This document shows, piece after piece, positions 51,888-63,100 of a stretch of DNA of 64,000 nt. Made by a program: the position numbers and the translations under genes. Source of the stretch: Raillietiella orientalis (lineage: Eukaryota); the NCBI GenBank assembly GCA_036172245.1, contig JAYWIR010000027.1, positions 248,001 to 312,000 on the forward strand, read 5' to 3'. The notes under the pieces are model-generated. The model did not search any database and was not told the origin of the DNA. It saw nothing but the letters and a program-made list of their open reading frames with translations. The first letter of the stretch is position 1. Each line of letters begins with the position of its first letter.

Positions 51888-52799
51888 GTAACTTCCTCGA
51901 CGACCCCCGACTTTTCTGTTCCTTCCCTCCCTCTTCACTTCCTTCTCTGTTGATGCCCCCTGCCTCTTCCCCCTCCCCTCCCCTCCTTCGCGTTGTCTTC
52001 TCGTCCCCCACGCTCTGGAGCCGGAACCTGCTCGTCCAGGAGCAGCGGACATCCCGTGAGGATGACAGATGCCAGCAACCGAGGACCGGAGAGCAACGGA
52101 GCGCGCGGCTCGTTCCGGGGAAGGAGAGAAGGAGGGGAGGAAACTCTCGAACCGGGAATCCTCTGCAGCGCAATTCCTCCGCTTTTCGCACTCCTTCGGG
52201 GAATCCTACTGCTTTTTTTCGACGAAGAGGGGGGAGAGGCGGCAGAACAGGAATCGGGGGAAAGGGAGACGGAAGCTCGGTACGGACCCAGGTTGTTTCG
52301 CCGTTCTCCCGGAAGGTTCCTCCCTCTTCCTCCCCAGGCCTCCGTTGAGCTCCCAGTTCCCGTAAGCGCCCGACCCAAGGGAACTGGGTTGAGCGTAAGG
52401 GAGGCGGCGGCGGCGGCAGCAGCAGCGGCGGCTTCCCATGACGAAGAAGAGCTCACCGGCCGGCAGGAATCTGACCGAAGGTGAAATGATCCGATCTCAA
52501 TCAGTGACCCCGTCAGTGACCTTCGAAGAGGCGTTGGGAATGACGTTCAGACCGCCCGCGTGATTGACTAGCCTCCCGACGAGAGCGCCAGTCGAGCGAC
52601 AGGGCGTGACCGGAAAGGCTTCGCGTTGGTGCGTTGACGGACCGAAGCCGAGCGACTTGACTCCTTGCCTGAAGGGGACCTTCCTCCAGAAGGTTCCGAT
52701 CCTATCAAAGGGGAGCGTGGGGGTCAGTGGTGAGCAGGACCACCGCTGTCTGTGCTGAGCCGAGCGGATGTGGTGAGCACCAAAAGATATTCCGGCTGC

Positions 52800-53700
52800 T
52801 GCTTTCCTCCTCTCTGCTTCCTTCCTCGCCCGTCCACCCACCCTAGAGACGCACCACCGAGCAGGTAGAAATAACACCCTGGCGCACCCGGATGTCAAAC
52901 CACCGAGCGGGGACCGCTGCGGCCTGTATGAACAAATTGGCCGGGTCTTTCCTCTCCAGGCACCGCTGCCACTCTTGACCCATCCGAGGCCCGACGCCCT
53001 TCCGCGTTCGCACGACGTCTACCCAAACGGTTCCCACCTACCCCGTTTGAGATCGGAGCGCATCTGCAAGGAAGGAAACCTGATGGCATCTCAGCCGTAT
53101 CCGTGACCACGAAAGGGAAAGCTCAGTCGCTTTCGCAGCTGAAGGTTCATCCCTAACACAGCTTCCAGGAGCGGCGGCAGAGGTCTCCAGACGCCAAGCA
53201 AATGGAGAGGCGGAGAGAAAGCGCTGCTCGGACTCCCCCTCCTCCGGCGTGAGCTAATCGCGAATGGGTGGGTGAGCCTGGCGCGCCAGTGGTGCCCTCC
53301 CGCAGGCTTGGAGCACTCCAGATAGCCAAGTGCGGCAGGCAAAGAGGTCGTGGCGGACTTACGGTTCGTGGCTTCCGATCCTTGGAGGAGAGAGGGTGTC
53401 CTCCCATCACTGACGCTTCACAGTTCCCGGCGACTGAGAATCCGAGGATTCGGGAAGATGTGAGCGGGAACGCTTGCTGCAGTCCCTCCTTGGGAAGACG
53501 GCACGTCCGGGACGATCCTACCGCCATCCTGTGACTGTCATGGGCGAGCTCGCTTGCTCCGCCGCTCTGCGTACGTCAGGGCACAAGTCCGTTTGCGAGC
53601 TTCCTGCACGAACGCGTTGGATCCGGGATGTTTCCCCGACAGAACCGACGCAGGGGAAGGCTTCCTGCTTCGCCACTTCTGGCCACCCGGAGGAGGAAAC
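52800..53700 (-). pseudogene. intronic nairovirus N-like fragment
   Basis: GWPEVAK, HHWRARLT, TSGCARVLFL. Confidence 0.4.
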
Positions 53701-54149
53701 GGATGCCTCAGCGAGACTCAGTTGACGCAATCGGCTCTTTCATTCTTTCGCGCTTCGCCGGGTGCTGAGAAAGGAGATGGTTGAGTCTTGTAAGGGGACT
53801 ACGAATGCTGCGGAGATTCTTGAGAGGCCACGCGCACGTGGTGGACCTGCTCCTAGAGAGGAGGGCTCCGGAAGCTTCTGAGAGTCGAACATGCGTCCTT
53901 TCCGCGACAGCAGCAAAGATGAAGAAGCGTCCGGGAATCTCCGAGGTGCCCGGATCCTCTCCGGGCCTCCCAGAACAGGAAAGAAACCAGGAACCGTGGG
54001 CTGCTGCTAGGCGATTCAAAGATCCGGGGACCCGAAGCAGACAAGGGGTGTGAGAAAGGAGGAGGCGACAAAGCGACGAAGGAGGAAACCAGAAAGAAGG
54101 ACAGGAGGGAGGAAAGTGGGGTGGCCCAGTCAGAGCAGCGCTGTTCTTC

Positions 54150-54600
54150 CGGAAGCCCTGCGGGAGTCAATGTAGAGGCTAAGGGGCGCTGAAAGAATCG
54201 CTTCCCATCTGAGCCTACTCCGAAAAAAGCGGGACCGAAACGGGCGACTTCGGGAAGGGAATACCATCTGAATGGCAGAAGGAAAAGTGGAACCATCGAA
54301 GATGCCAACCAGAGGATAGAAGGGGAGGAGGGAGGAGAGTGTGTGTCCATTGACGAATATCCTGGAAAATGACCCTCGAAATTGGGGATTTTTTCGTCCA
54401 GGAACTCGAAGAACGAAGCGAAAGAAGGACCAACCAGGAGTGACGAGGGATGGATCCAGAGTGAAGACAGTCGTCTCACCTTCAAATGTTCTAGAAAACA
54501 GATGAGGTGAGTGGACCCTCGTGCAGCACCGCGTTCCTCCCTCTCCTGAGGACACACGTTCCTCTCCCTCACTCCTGAGGGAAGAAGAAAGGTGAGTGGG
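54150..54600 (-). pseudogene. intronic nairovirus N-like C-terminal fragment
   Basis: SLWIHPSSLLVG vs RIYMHPAVLTAG; ASSMVPLF vs AKTIVKLF. Confidence 0.55.
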
Positions 54601-55249
54601 AACGAACAAGCTCTCTGAGTTTCGCTCCCTTGCAGACAGGGGGACAGTGGGGAGAAGCGGTAAAGACCTCTTGAGCTCTTGAGCGGGGGTTCATGAGCCA
54701 TCACGTCAGCAGTGTCAGAACTGAGTCCCTTCCTTTCTCCAGGAGGGTCGCAGGTCCAGCAGCAGCAGCTGCTCCTGGAGGGAAGGACGAAACTTCGCTT
54801 CGCCGGGCCCCCTGGATCCCGCCGTAGAAGCGCTCAGGGTGGTCACCGAACCCTGCTCGTCGCGCTCGGGAAACGCGCGACTCGGTGGAGGAGCGCAGAG
54901 AATCTACTGCTACAGAGGAGGCTGTTTCTTGGTTTCCTCTGTGTCCTTGCGGGCGCGTTCCTCCTCCTCCTCCTTTTCTCGCTCCGTGCACGAGACCGTT
55001 GGAGGCAGATGGCAGGAGCAGAGGGCAGAGAAAGGCCTGTGAGAAGCCCTGGCATCCCTGTTTGTGCTCCCCTCTCTTTGGTTCCCGGCTCGGGATGTCA
55101 CAGCTGCCTCTTTCCTCTAGGGAAGATAAAGCCGTCATCTGGAACGTCTCTCCTGGGTCTCCGGCGGCCGACTCCGCTCCTATCCTTCTCTCTCCCTCCT
55201 CGCTAAGCCAGAGACGCCGAGCTTTTCTCAGCCTTTATCCCACGGCCGT

Positions 55250-55700
55250 TCGAGCGCTCTCGGTGGCGCCGGCGTTGCCTCCCACTGGAGATCGAAGAGA
55301 CGGCACCGGGGACGGCGGCGGATCGCTCCCTTCTGCTGCTCGATCACGGAGGGACCGCAGCTTCGATCCCCTCCCCGAGACGCTCGCCATCCGGGAAAGG
55401 TGTCTTCCATCTTCCCTCGCTCGCCGCCGCCTTTTCGACGGCGCGCGCGGATCCTCGCCGCCTCTTCCCTCACTCCACCCGGGCCTCGTCTTGAGTCCGA
55501 GCTGTTTCGACTCCCGGACTCGAGCGAGGTTTACAGAGCGCCGGGAGGAATGCGGCATGGAAGATGAAGGAGTGGACGGATCTGACTACTCGCTCCATAC
55601 CCCTCAGAAGGCTCGTATGGTGCCAGAGTGGCCTTTTCCGACCCGAAGACGCGCGTTCGGAAAACGTGGTCGTCCCTGATCCCCAAAGAAGGAGGCGGGT
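55250..55700 (-). pseudogene. possible intronic nairovirus N-like fragment
   Basis: SVHSFIFHA, LGLKTRPGW. Confidence 0.35.
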
Positions 55701-55899
55701 TTCCAGGGAAACTCGCACGTCCTTCTGCGCTCTCTTCCAGGTCCGCTGCCTTTCTCTCGGTTAGATGCGGACGGTGCGCGCACCCGCAGATGGTCCTCCT
55801 CTTTCGTGGAAGAGGCCTCTAGGGGTCTTGTGCGCCTCTGCCCCTTGACCCTACAGGCTGGCCTCTGGGCTGAGACTGCCCTTTAGCGATTCCGAAAAG

Positions 55900-56450
55900 T
55901 CCCGGTTCCCAGCTGCTTCTCGTTTCTTTGCCAGTTTCTGAGGAACGGCGTGCGTGGTCTCATCTTGGCGTGCAGGTAGCGCCGACGCTTCTTCGGAGAG
56001 TACGCTCAGCAGCGTCGAAACAGTTCTTCGGTGCGCAGTGTCCAGGAAACTTCCATGGTGTGAACGAAACCAGCAGAGAAGGAAGGGACTGATGTTTAGA
56101 GTCTTCTCTGAAGAACTCATGGGAACCGGAAGACAAGAAGGGAGGGGAAGCAAGGAGAAGGGGTGGAGGAGTGCTGGAGACTTCACGATCTCCATGGGCT
56201 GCCGCAGGAGCACGAGGGAGAAGCCGCATCCTAGCTGCAGGAGATGGCAGGGACGGCGCGGTGGTAACGAGGAGGCAGGGCAGTCGCCGTGACGCCGAAT
56301 GCAGGCGGCGCCAGCAAGGCAGAGATACTACGTAGCAAACCCGGGGCTCAATGCGCCGCCGCCATGCACCGCCGGTCCAGGCCCATCCGTCGAGCACGAG
56401 TCACCTCGCGTATCCAAGGAAGCCAACATAAGCATGCATTCCGCGAGTTC
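55900..56450 (-). pseudogene. intronic nairovirus N-like fragment
   Basis: GWAWTGG, ALLHPFSL. Confidence 0.45.
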
Positions 56451-56859
56451 GGGGCCACAGCTGGACCTCGCGGTGATGGGGAAATCAGGAGGCTCCCGTT
56501 CCACCAGAGCACACCTCCGTGCAGCGCCAGGCAAGCGCCGCCGTGGGTGGGGTTGCTCATCGCCGTTAAAGCGTTCCCTCCAGCAAGCTTTTTATGCAAT
56601 TCTCCGCTGGAAATGCGGGTGCTCACTGCAAAGCGAGGAGTCGTCACCATGGATGCGGCGATTGGTCCCTGCGGCCCTGTCAGTCCTGTCAGCAGCGACC
56701 GAATGTTCGCGAAACCTTGGCAGCGGATTCTGGGAGCCGCCTTCCCAGCAATCCAGTGGCTTCCCGTGGCAGCGGCTGCTGACGAGCCTTCCACGTCCAG
56801 GCGGGAAGACACCAACCATGGTTTCCGTGGAAACGAAAGTGCTCAACGACGATGACCCG

Positions 56860-57800
56860 CGATTTCTCTTCTGCCCACGCTGCGGGTTCGAATCCCTCCC
56901 GGGGAAAGGTCAGTGCCGAGAGCGGGAGGTGCACCGCGGGTTTCGAGTCTCTCACACAGGATGACACTGGTTGCCTATTCGAGTGCGGAAGTGGTGAAAT
57001 CCGGAAACCCCCGGATGTCCACGTTAAGTGGTCGGGATTTGGACCCTCCGGGGTCTTTTGGAAATCAAGGAGCCCTTCGGGCTCCCTCCGGTTGCGAAAA
57101 TGCAGTCATTCCCTCAGGGGGCGTGGACTCCTTGGAGGTCCTTCGGGGAGGGGTACCCTCCATTGCGTACCGGGGAGCTGGTTGATACCCCACTCGGGGG
57201 TTGCCTCTCTAGAGTGTGAGAAGCTCCCGCTCCCTTCGAAGAGCGCCCCCCAGAGAAATTAGGAACCGTCCCATCGGGGTTCTCTCAGAAAAGTAAACAG
57301 GGACGGTTCCCTTACGGGAATTTTCCTCCGTAAAAGAAATTCCTGGAGCGGATCCTTCCGGGTCCCCTCCGGGGAAGGAAGGAGGAGCGACCTCCTCCGG
57401 GATTCCATCCGGAGAGGATAAGGAAGGAAGAGATGGTTCCCTTCAAGATTCCCCTCCCAAGAGTGAGAGGGACGGACTTCTTCCTCAGAGCTTTCTTGGA
57501 TTCACAGGTGATCCCCTCCCGGGGTATCCCCATGGCTTGAAGGGTAAGCACGCAGCCCCTCGGAGGTGGAGTTGACGGCGTCGAAGAGCTTCATGAGCTC
57601 CCCGTAAGAAGGCGGATGCTCTGTCAACACACCTGGAAAACCAAAAAAGGGGGGGAGGGAGCTGGAAGGACAGCAGCAAAGCAGAGGAATTTCCTGAAAA
57701 GATTTTCATCATTTGGGAGGATCTTCGACCCCCAAATGGTTTTCATCGATCCCGGGAGCCTCGGAAACCTCCAAAGACGTAAGGCAGAGGGTTGGAAGCG
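56860..57800 (+). repeat. SINE-like repeat copy (about 0.9 kb)
   Basis: ggttcgaatccc near 56886. Body matches the 50.1-50.8 kb copy. Confidence 0.75.
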
Positions 57801-57879
57801 TTTCCGGTCTCTGATTTCCGGGAGAAGTCTTAAGGGGATCTTGGAAAGCAGTGATCGCTTCGGGATTCTCCCCCCTTTT

Positions 57880-58150
57880 CTGAAGGCAGCATGGCTGCAG
57901 GGGTCTCCGGGGCAGGGTCTGAAGGTCGCTGCGGAGGAAGGTCCAGGAAGTTTCTGCGATTGGCACGCCTGCCGCTTCGAATCGGGAGCTTCGGGCTCTC
58001 CAGAGAGTCGCGCGAGGAATCCCAAGGCGCGGCGGAATTGGAGAGCAAGGTGAATGGAAAGATCCAGTCGCGGGGGAGATGCAATCTCCTCCCTCCCACC
58101 GCGACGGACACCTCGCGGTCTCATAGGAACGGGCAGGACAGGAAAGTCGT
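57880..58150 (-). pseudogene. intronic nairovirus N-like N-terminal fragment
   Basis: LALQFRRALGF vs AALKWRKDIGF; QKLPG. Confidence 0.48.
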
Positions 58151-58475
58151 GTGGTGCGCACAGTGCTCGGTCCGCCTCCCGACCGCATCTTTTCCTGCCG
58201 TGGGCTGCGTGCGTTCCTCCTTCCAAGGGGCAGAAGCAGTGGCAAACAGGAGGGAGGAGGAGTTCGGGCAATCAAGGCGCAGCGAACGGGGGGGTGGGGA
58301 ATCCACGAGAGAGATCGCTCCCCTCCTCACCACACTCGCCATCTGCTTGCCATTCTCCGACCCGGCTTGTCCAACTACCCCTCGGGCCTGGGAAACACGG
58401 AGATGGGGAAGGGGGGACAAGAGATCTGTGGACAGCCCCGCGGGCCCAGAGGGTTCATCACTTTCTCTTTTGTAG

Positions 58476-58699
58476 CTCGAGTTCCAGGACCGGCTGATCC
58501 CCTTTACGACGGCGGCGCCGGCCAGCAGAGAAGGGAAGGCCGCCGCCGTTCCGGAAGAAGGAGGACGCGGCCACACCCATCCCACGGCGTCAGCCGCTGG
58601 AGATACGAGGACGCCGTCGATGCCCATGCCGACGCCGCCCGACCCTGGAGGCGACGACGATGGGAGCCGCCCGCTCGCCACCGGGCGACCGCCGTCGCC
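58476..58699 (+). CDS. TRMT9B: TRMT9B-like exon 4
   Basis: ctttctcttttgtag acceptor. LEFQDRLIPF corresponds to the family FESQDVLVPW motif. Donor gtgagt at 58700. Confidence 0.75.
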
Positions 58700-58745
58700 G
58701 TGAGTTGCCGACCCTCGCGCCCTGCTCATGCGTTTCCCCACTCAG

Positions 58746-58896
58746 CACGATGCCACCAACGACGCGACCGCGTCCGGAGACGCCCATCAACAGGCTGATC
58801 AGGTCATCGAGGCTCTCGTCCGCCTGTGCCCTCAGGTCGTCCGACCTGTCCGCCTCCGTCGAGTGCTGCCGCAGTATGGTGCGGAGGGCCTTCAAA
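58746..58896 (+). CDS. TRMT9B: TRMT9B-like exon 5
   Basis: tttccccactcag acceptor, SSDLSASVECCRSMVRRAFK (resembles the arthropod fid-type ETCYSFVRRA segment), aaa|gtaagc donor. Frame is restored with exon 4. Confidence 0.7.
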
Positions 58897-59299
58897 GTAA
58901 GCAGCCGCTCTCCAGCCCTAGAGGGTTACGGGGGGAGACAAGTTCCGCGTTGGTGATGCTCCTCCAGCCGATCCCAGAAGAGAGGTTCTGGGAAAGAACA
59001 GGACGGGGAGGAAAGCAAAAGGGGGAAACCAAGAGGGAACTCTTCCTCTCCGGCGTGTGCTCCCCGTTGCGCCACGAGGTCACGAAATTTCAGAAAGGCT
59101 CCAGGAATTCTGGGCGTCTCCTCTATTGATGGATGCAACCGGGACCAAAGAACGTATTTCACGGGCCCCTGGGAACGACTCCCGGACCTTTGGACTTCTT
59201 GCTTCCTTTCCTTCCCGAGCGATCTCGTTCCTCTCGTGCTCCGCTGAGACCGTCCCGGGAACCTCCAGTGATTTTCCCGGACCGGTCTCTACGAAGGAG

Positions 59300-60080
59300 A
59301 GCCGCACGGGGGGATTCCAGCTGGAAGCCAGAAGCGCGAGTGCCCGGGGCAAAAGCTAGGAACCCAAAATGAGCTTTCCTTCCTTGTCTCTGCCATGGAA
59401 ACCAACTGTCCGGCGATAATGTCCCGTCTTGCTCAAAGACTTAGGACGAGTGCCAAGTCGGGAAACTAGGATTCGGATCCTGGAGGCGGGGAATTGCTCC
59501 CTCGCACGGTTGTTTGTGAAGCCATGAAGACTGAGAGGCCAAAGATGTTCTCCGGGAGTAGGTCTGCAGACTCTAACGACTCTGTGCCGAGAAAGCGGGA
59601 GGGATGCGTTCCCAAATTCCATCTCTAATCCTCGAAGTCTTCTGTTTCCTTCGCGACGAGACAATCCTTTTTTTTTCTATCTCCGGCTGCTCTTTTCGAG
59701 CCTCCGCCACTCGAGAGTGGACGATGACCGGCGCAGATACCGTCAAATCCCCCAAAACGCGCCTCCTGTTGTGCTGCTGCCCCCAGGAAGAGACCACTCT
59801 CTCCTTGAGGCCGCGGCGGTTTCCACAGCGACCTCTGCTCCATAGAAATAGAGGGGAAGAGAGAGCTGGTGAGTAGAAGGGCGGGACCTACCTGGAGAGG
59901 CTGCAGCTCACGAGTGCTCCTGAAGGGACACTGGCGCAAAGAGAAGTTGTCAGGGAAAACGGGTAGCAAGTGAGCTCCGCACTACCGAGGGTAGCGAGGC
60001 AACCAGGGCATGTTCTCCACCGTTCCTCATCCTCCAACCTGGAAGTCGAGTCCCCCGCGGCATGTCGCGTGTATCGACGC
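59300..60080 (-). pseudogene. intronic nairovirus N-like copy
   Basis: WRTCPGCLATLGSAELT, EQFPASRIRILVSRLGTRPKSLSK. Confidence 0.55.
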
Positions 60081-60524
60081 ATTGCGCTCCAGACGAAGTC
60101 CGAACGAGCGCAGCAGCTATATGCACCACGAACAGCAGCAGAGACAGCACCTCAGGGTCGAAACGAGGTCTTCCGTATCCCCAGACTTCCTGGTCCCTTG
60201 AAAAACCGCCCCTACCCATCCCTTTGACCGTCTCGCGCGCAAACGTCCAAAGGAAGGAGCCTAAGTTAGTTCTCAAGAAGAGCAGGAGGAGGAAGAAGTC
60301 CCTTTCCTCCTGTTACAGGGCCCTCCTGCTGTCCTTCTAGTCTGCACCGCGCTTCAGGAGCCGAGCCAGCCCCGTCACTTGATAACCGCTCCGCGTGAGG
60401 CCTCGATTCGCTCTGACCGGGAGCGAGTTCCCGGAAGACTCCGCGAGGCTTTGAGATCTCCATGCTGTTCCATGAAACAGAGGCAGAGGAAGATTTCCTT
60501 GAACCCTGGCTCTTCTCCTTTCAG

Positions 60525-62232
60525 GGCATCGATCTCTTCAGGACGAGGTCCCCTACCCCTAGGAAGCTCGCGGACGTTGCCGTCTGCGACACGTTCCCGT
60601 CCGAGTGCGCTTGGTCGGGACCAGGAAGCCGGGACAGGGACATAGGAGACATCAAGAATGGGCTGGAGGAGGACCTTACCCTCGCTTCCACCCCATTTCT
60701 TATGAAGGCTGAAGAGAAAGTCTTCCGAGCAGGGTCAGACGGCAGTGTCCCGGGGAAGGCGCCCGCGGCTTTGGACGGCGGAGGCGGCAGTACGGTCCCC
60801 TCTTGGGCAGAGTGCGATGGAAGGGAGAACGCAGAGGAGGAGGATGGAGTGTGCCTCTCTGCCTCCCTGCTGAATAGTAGCCTCCCGGCGACCTCGCCCT
60901 CCCGCGTGGAGGACGACGACAGACACGACCCGACGCTTTTGACCGAGATCATCGACAGCGCCCCCATCCTCTCCAGTCACTCTCCGCTCTTCGGCGAGGA
61001 AGATCTGAGGAAGGGATATCATGAGAAGGAGGAGGTCCGCGACCTCCTGAGGAAGATTGACACGCCCAGAGGTGGCATCCGCGACAGCTTTCGGCGGTTC
61101 TTCCTCCTCGGGAAAGGCACCAGCTCTCCCGAGGCGGTGGCCGGGGCAGAAGAGAAGGAGGAAGCGGGGACTCTCTTCCCCCGCATCCTGGACCACCGAG
61201 ATGACGAGGGAAGCGGCAGCCTCAGCGCTAGCCCTCACGCGCTCCAGCCCGAAGACCCGTCCTCCCGGTCCCTCTACTCGTCCCTGCTGGCCAGCAAGAA
61301 GAGAAGCCTCTTCGTCCGCAGCTGCCACGGAGGCGGGGACACGGTCTCAGGAAGCGCCCTGCCCACACGGAGCAGCGAAGAGGGAGTCTTTTCGCTCCCC
61401 AGGACGAGCTCCGCCAAGGAGGAGGCTTCGGAGTCCCCTCGGGACAGTGGCAGTTTCCAGAGCGACACGAGCATGGACTCGGAGAACTCGGTAGTGTCAG
61501 TCATCTTCGTGTCCGGAAGGCAGCGCGACGACAGCGTGGAGGATGACCCCTGCGGCGCCGTAGGACCTCCCTCCTGGAATCACCATCATCAGCAGCAGTC
61601 CCTCCGCCCTTCTGCCCCGCCTCCCCTTCCTCCTTCTCCGCCGCCTCTCCCTCCGCCCGAGGCTGGAGGCGAGGACAGATGCTTCCGACCAATGCTTCTG
61701 CCCCCGCGGTGCGCGGAGGAAGCTCTCGCTCTGGACACCTCCGGCTGGACTCCTCCTCCTGAGGGAGTTACCCTCACCATCCTGGCCGGGAGCAATCCTG
61801 AAGGAGGCCGGGAAGCCGGCTTTTCCCTCTTCCACGCATCCCCACTCTCCCAGGAACTTCCCGGAGGCGAAGTGGAAGCAGCCGTATGGGAACCAGCAGC
61901 CGCCAATTCTTTTCATCCTCGCTCCCTTCCCTCCTCTCTGTCTTCGTCTTCCCCCTCCCCTTCCCCTCCACCTTCCCTCCCGACCTGCGGTGCGGAGGTG
62001 CACCCAGAAGCATCAGCGGGGCGATTCTTCTCCTACGTGAGAAGCTGCGACCTGACCTGCGTCAGAAGCATCCCATCGCGGCCGGCGGACGCCATCGCCG
62101 ACGTGTTCAATCCCCTCATCGATGACTGCGATACCAGTGAGGATTCCAGCAGGAGCTCCTCGCGGTGCTCGATGGGAAGCGTCATCGCCGCCGCCACCTG
62201 GAGGCAGCACCAGAATTTCCAGCAGCGCTCAG
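60525..62232 (+). CDS. TRMT9B: TRMT9B-like exon 6, long Ser/Pro/acidic low-complexity insert
   Basis: ctcttctcctttcag acceptor in frame with the 600-aa ORF, contains SFQSDTSMDSENSVVSVIF, candidate donor cag|gtaggt. A long insert splitting the methyltransferase domain is typical of KIAA1456. 3' boundary is less certain. Confidence 0.72.
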
Positions 62233-62699
62233 GTAGGTCGGGAGTTGCAGAGAGGGATGCGTAGAATAGGCAAGGGGGGAGGTTTCTTGCCCCTCACTTC
62301 CCTCCCATCTCCAACTTCCCACCTTCGGCCTCCTGGTCCTTGGAGTCTCACAGGCAACGTCGTCCCACCGCACTTCTCGTCTGTGACGGTCTGGGTCCAC
62401 CTACCGCAGAGAGCTCCTGTCCCGCCAGGAGAAAAAGAGACGCCTCCGGTCCTGGAGAGAGAAAAAGTAGGAGGGGACCACCCCTTGCAGATTCTCTTCA
62501 CACCTGCAGCCCTCGGCCTCTCCTCACTTCGTCCGCTCCCCGCCGCATGAAGGCGCGTTCTATGTCGGCCTTGCGCGCGCCTCCTGAGTCCCGCCCTAAG
62601 ATCGGCGGTTGTTTCTTCTGTGTTCCGGGTAGGATCTCTCCACGCTGAATTCCGAAAAGCACACTCTCCAGGCTCATCCGGGACTCAGCTGTTCTACCG

Positions 62700-63100
62700 G
62701 CGTATTTTAGGCGACTATGAGATGCTTCCGAGGGTAGCGGGAGTCATCGCACACGTGAGAGAGGACACCATTGAACTTAGCGCGAGGGAAGGGATTTTTC
62801 CTGGCCCTCCCGTGACAATTCGCTCACGAGTTCCCCTGGGATGATCTCTTCTTTGTCCGTCTTCCGAGGCTCCTACAAGGAGCCATCGGCCATCGACAGG
62901 GTAGTTGGGAGCGCGACGGAGGATCCGACGTGGCACCCAAAGGGAGTGGGGCTGAGGGAGCACCCTCTGTTGCCTCCAAAAGCAGTGAAGCACGAGTGTA
63001 AAAACAGCGACAGGACAGCACTGGACCTTTGAAGCACAGCTTTGGAGGTCAGAAGGCAAACTCGAGGGTCGTACCGCTCCCAGGTCTGCTGCTGTGAGAG
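62700..63100 (-). pseudogene. nairovirus N-like fragment downstream of exon 6
   Basis: VFTLVLHCFWRQQRVLPQ, DHPRGTRERIVTGGPGKIP. Confidence 0.42.

Larger units (their letters stand above)
300..63100 (-). other. Array of degraded nairovirus-like nucleoprotein endogenous viral elements (about 40-45 copies or fragments)
   Basis: Collinear matches to CCHFV-type N motifs (APIYEC, KWRKDIGF, PPWGDINKSGRSG, RAQGAQID, FPTVSQFLFELGKQPRG, IYMHPAVLTAGR, IPVANP, HQSLVGKQSPF) recur repeatedly, only in - strand frames, broken by stops and frameshifts. Confidence 0.75.

Noticed and set aside
395..59400. Hundreds of 60-400 aa ORFs rich in R, G, P, S and A in the ORF track
   Set aside because: Expected from GC-rich, stop-poor DNA. 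They overlap in all frames and show no domain signal.
60462..60524. ATG at 60462 as the start of a stand-alone 600-aa gene
   Set aside because: A strong in-frame splice acceptor ends at 60524 and the phase matches the upstream exon, so this is an internal exon.
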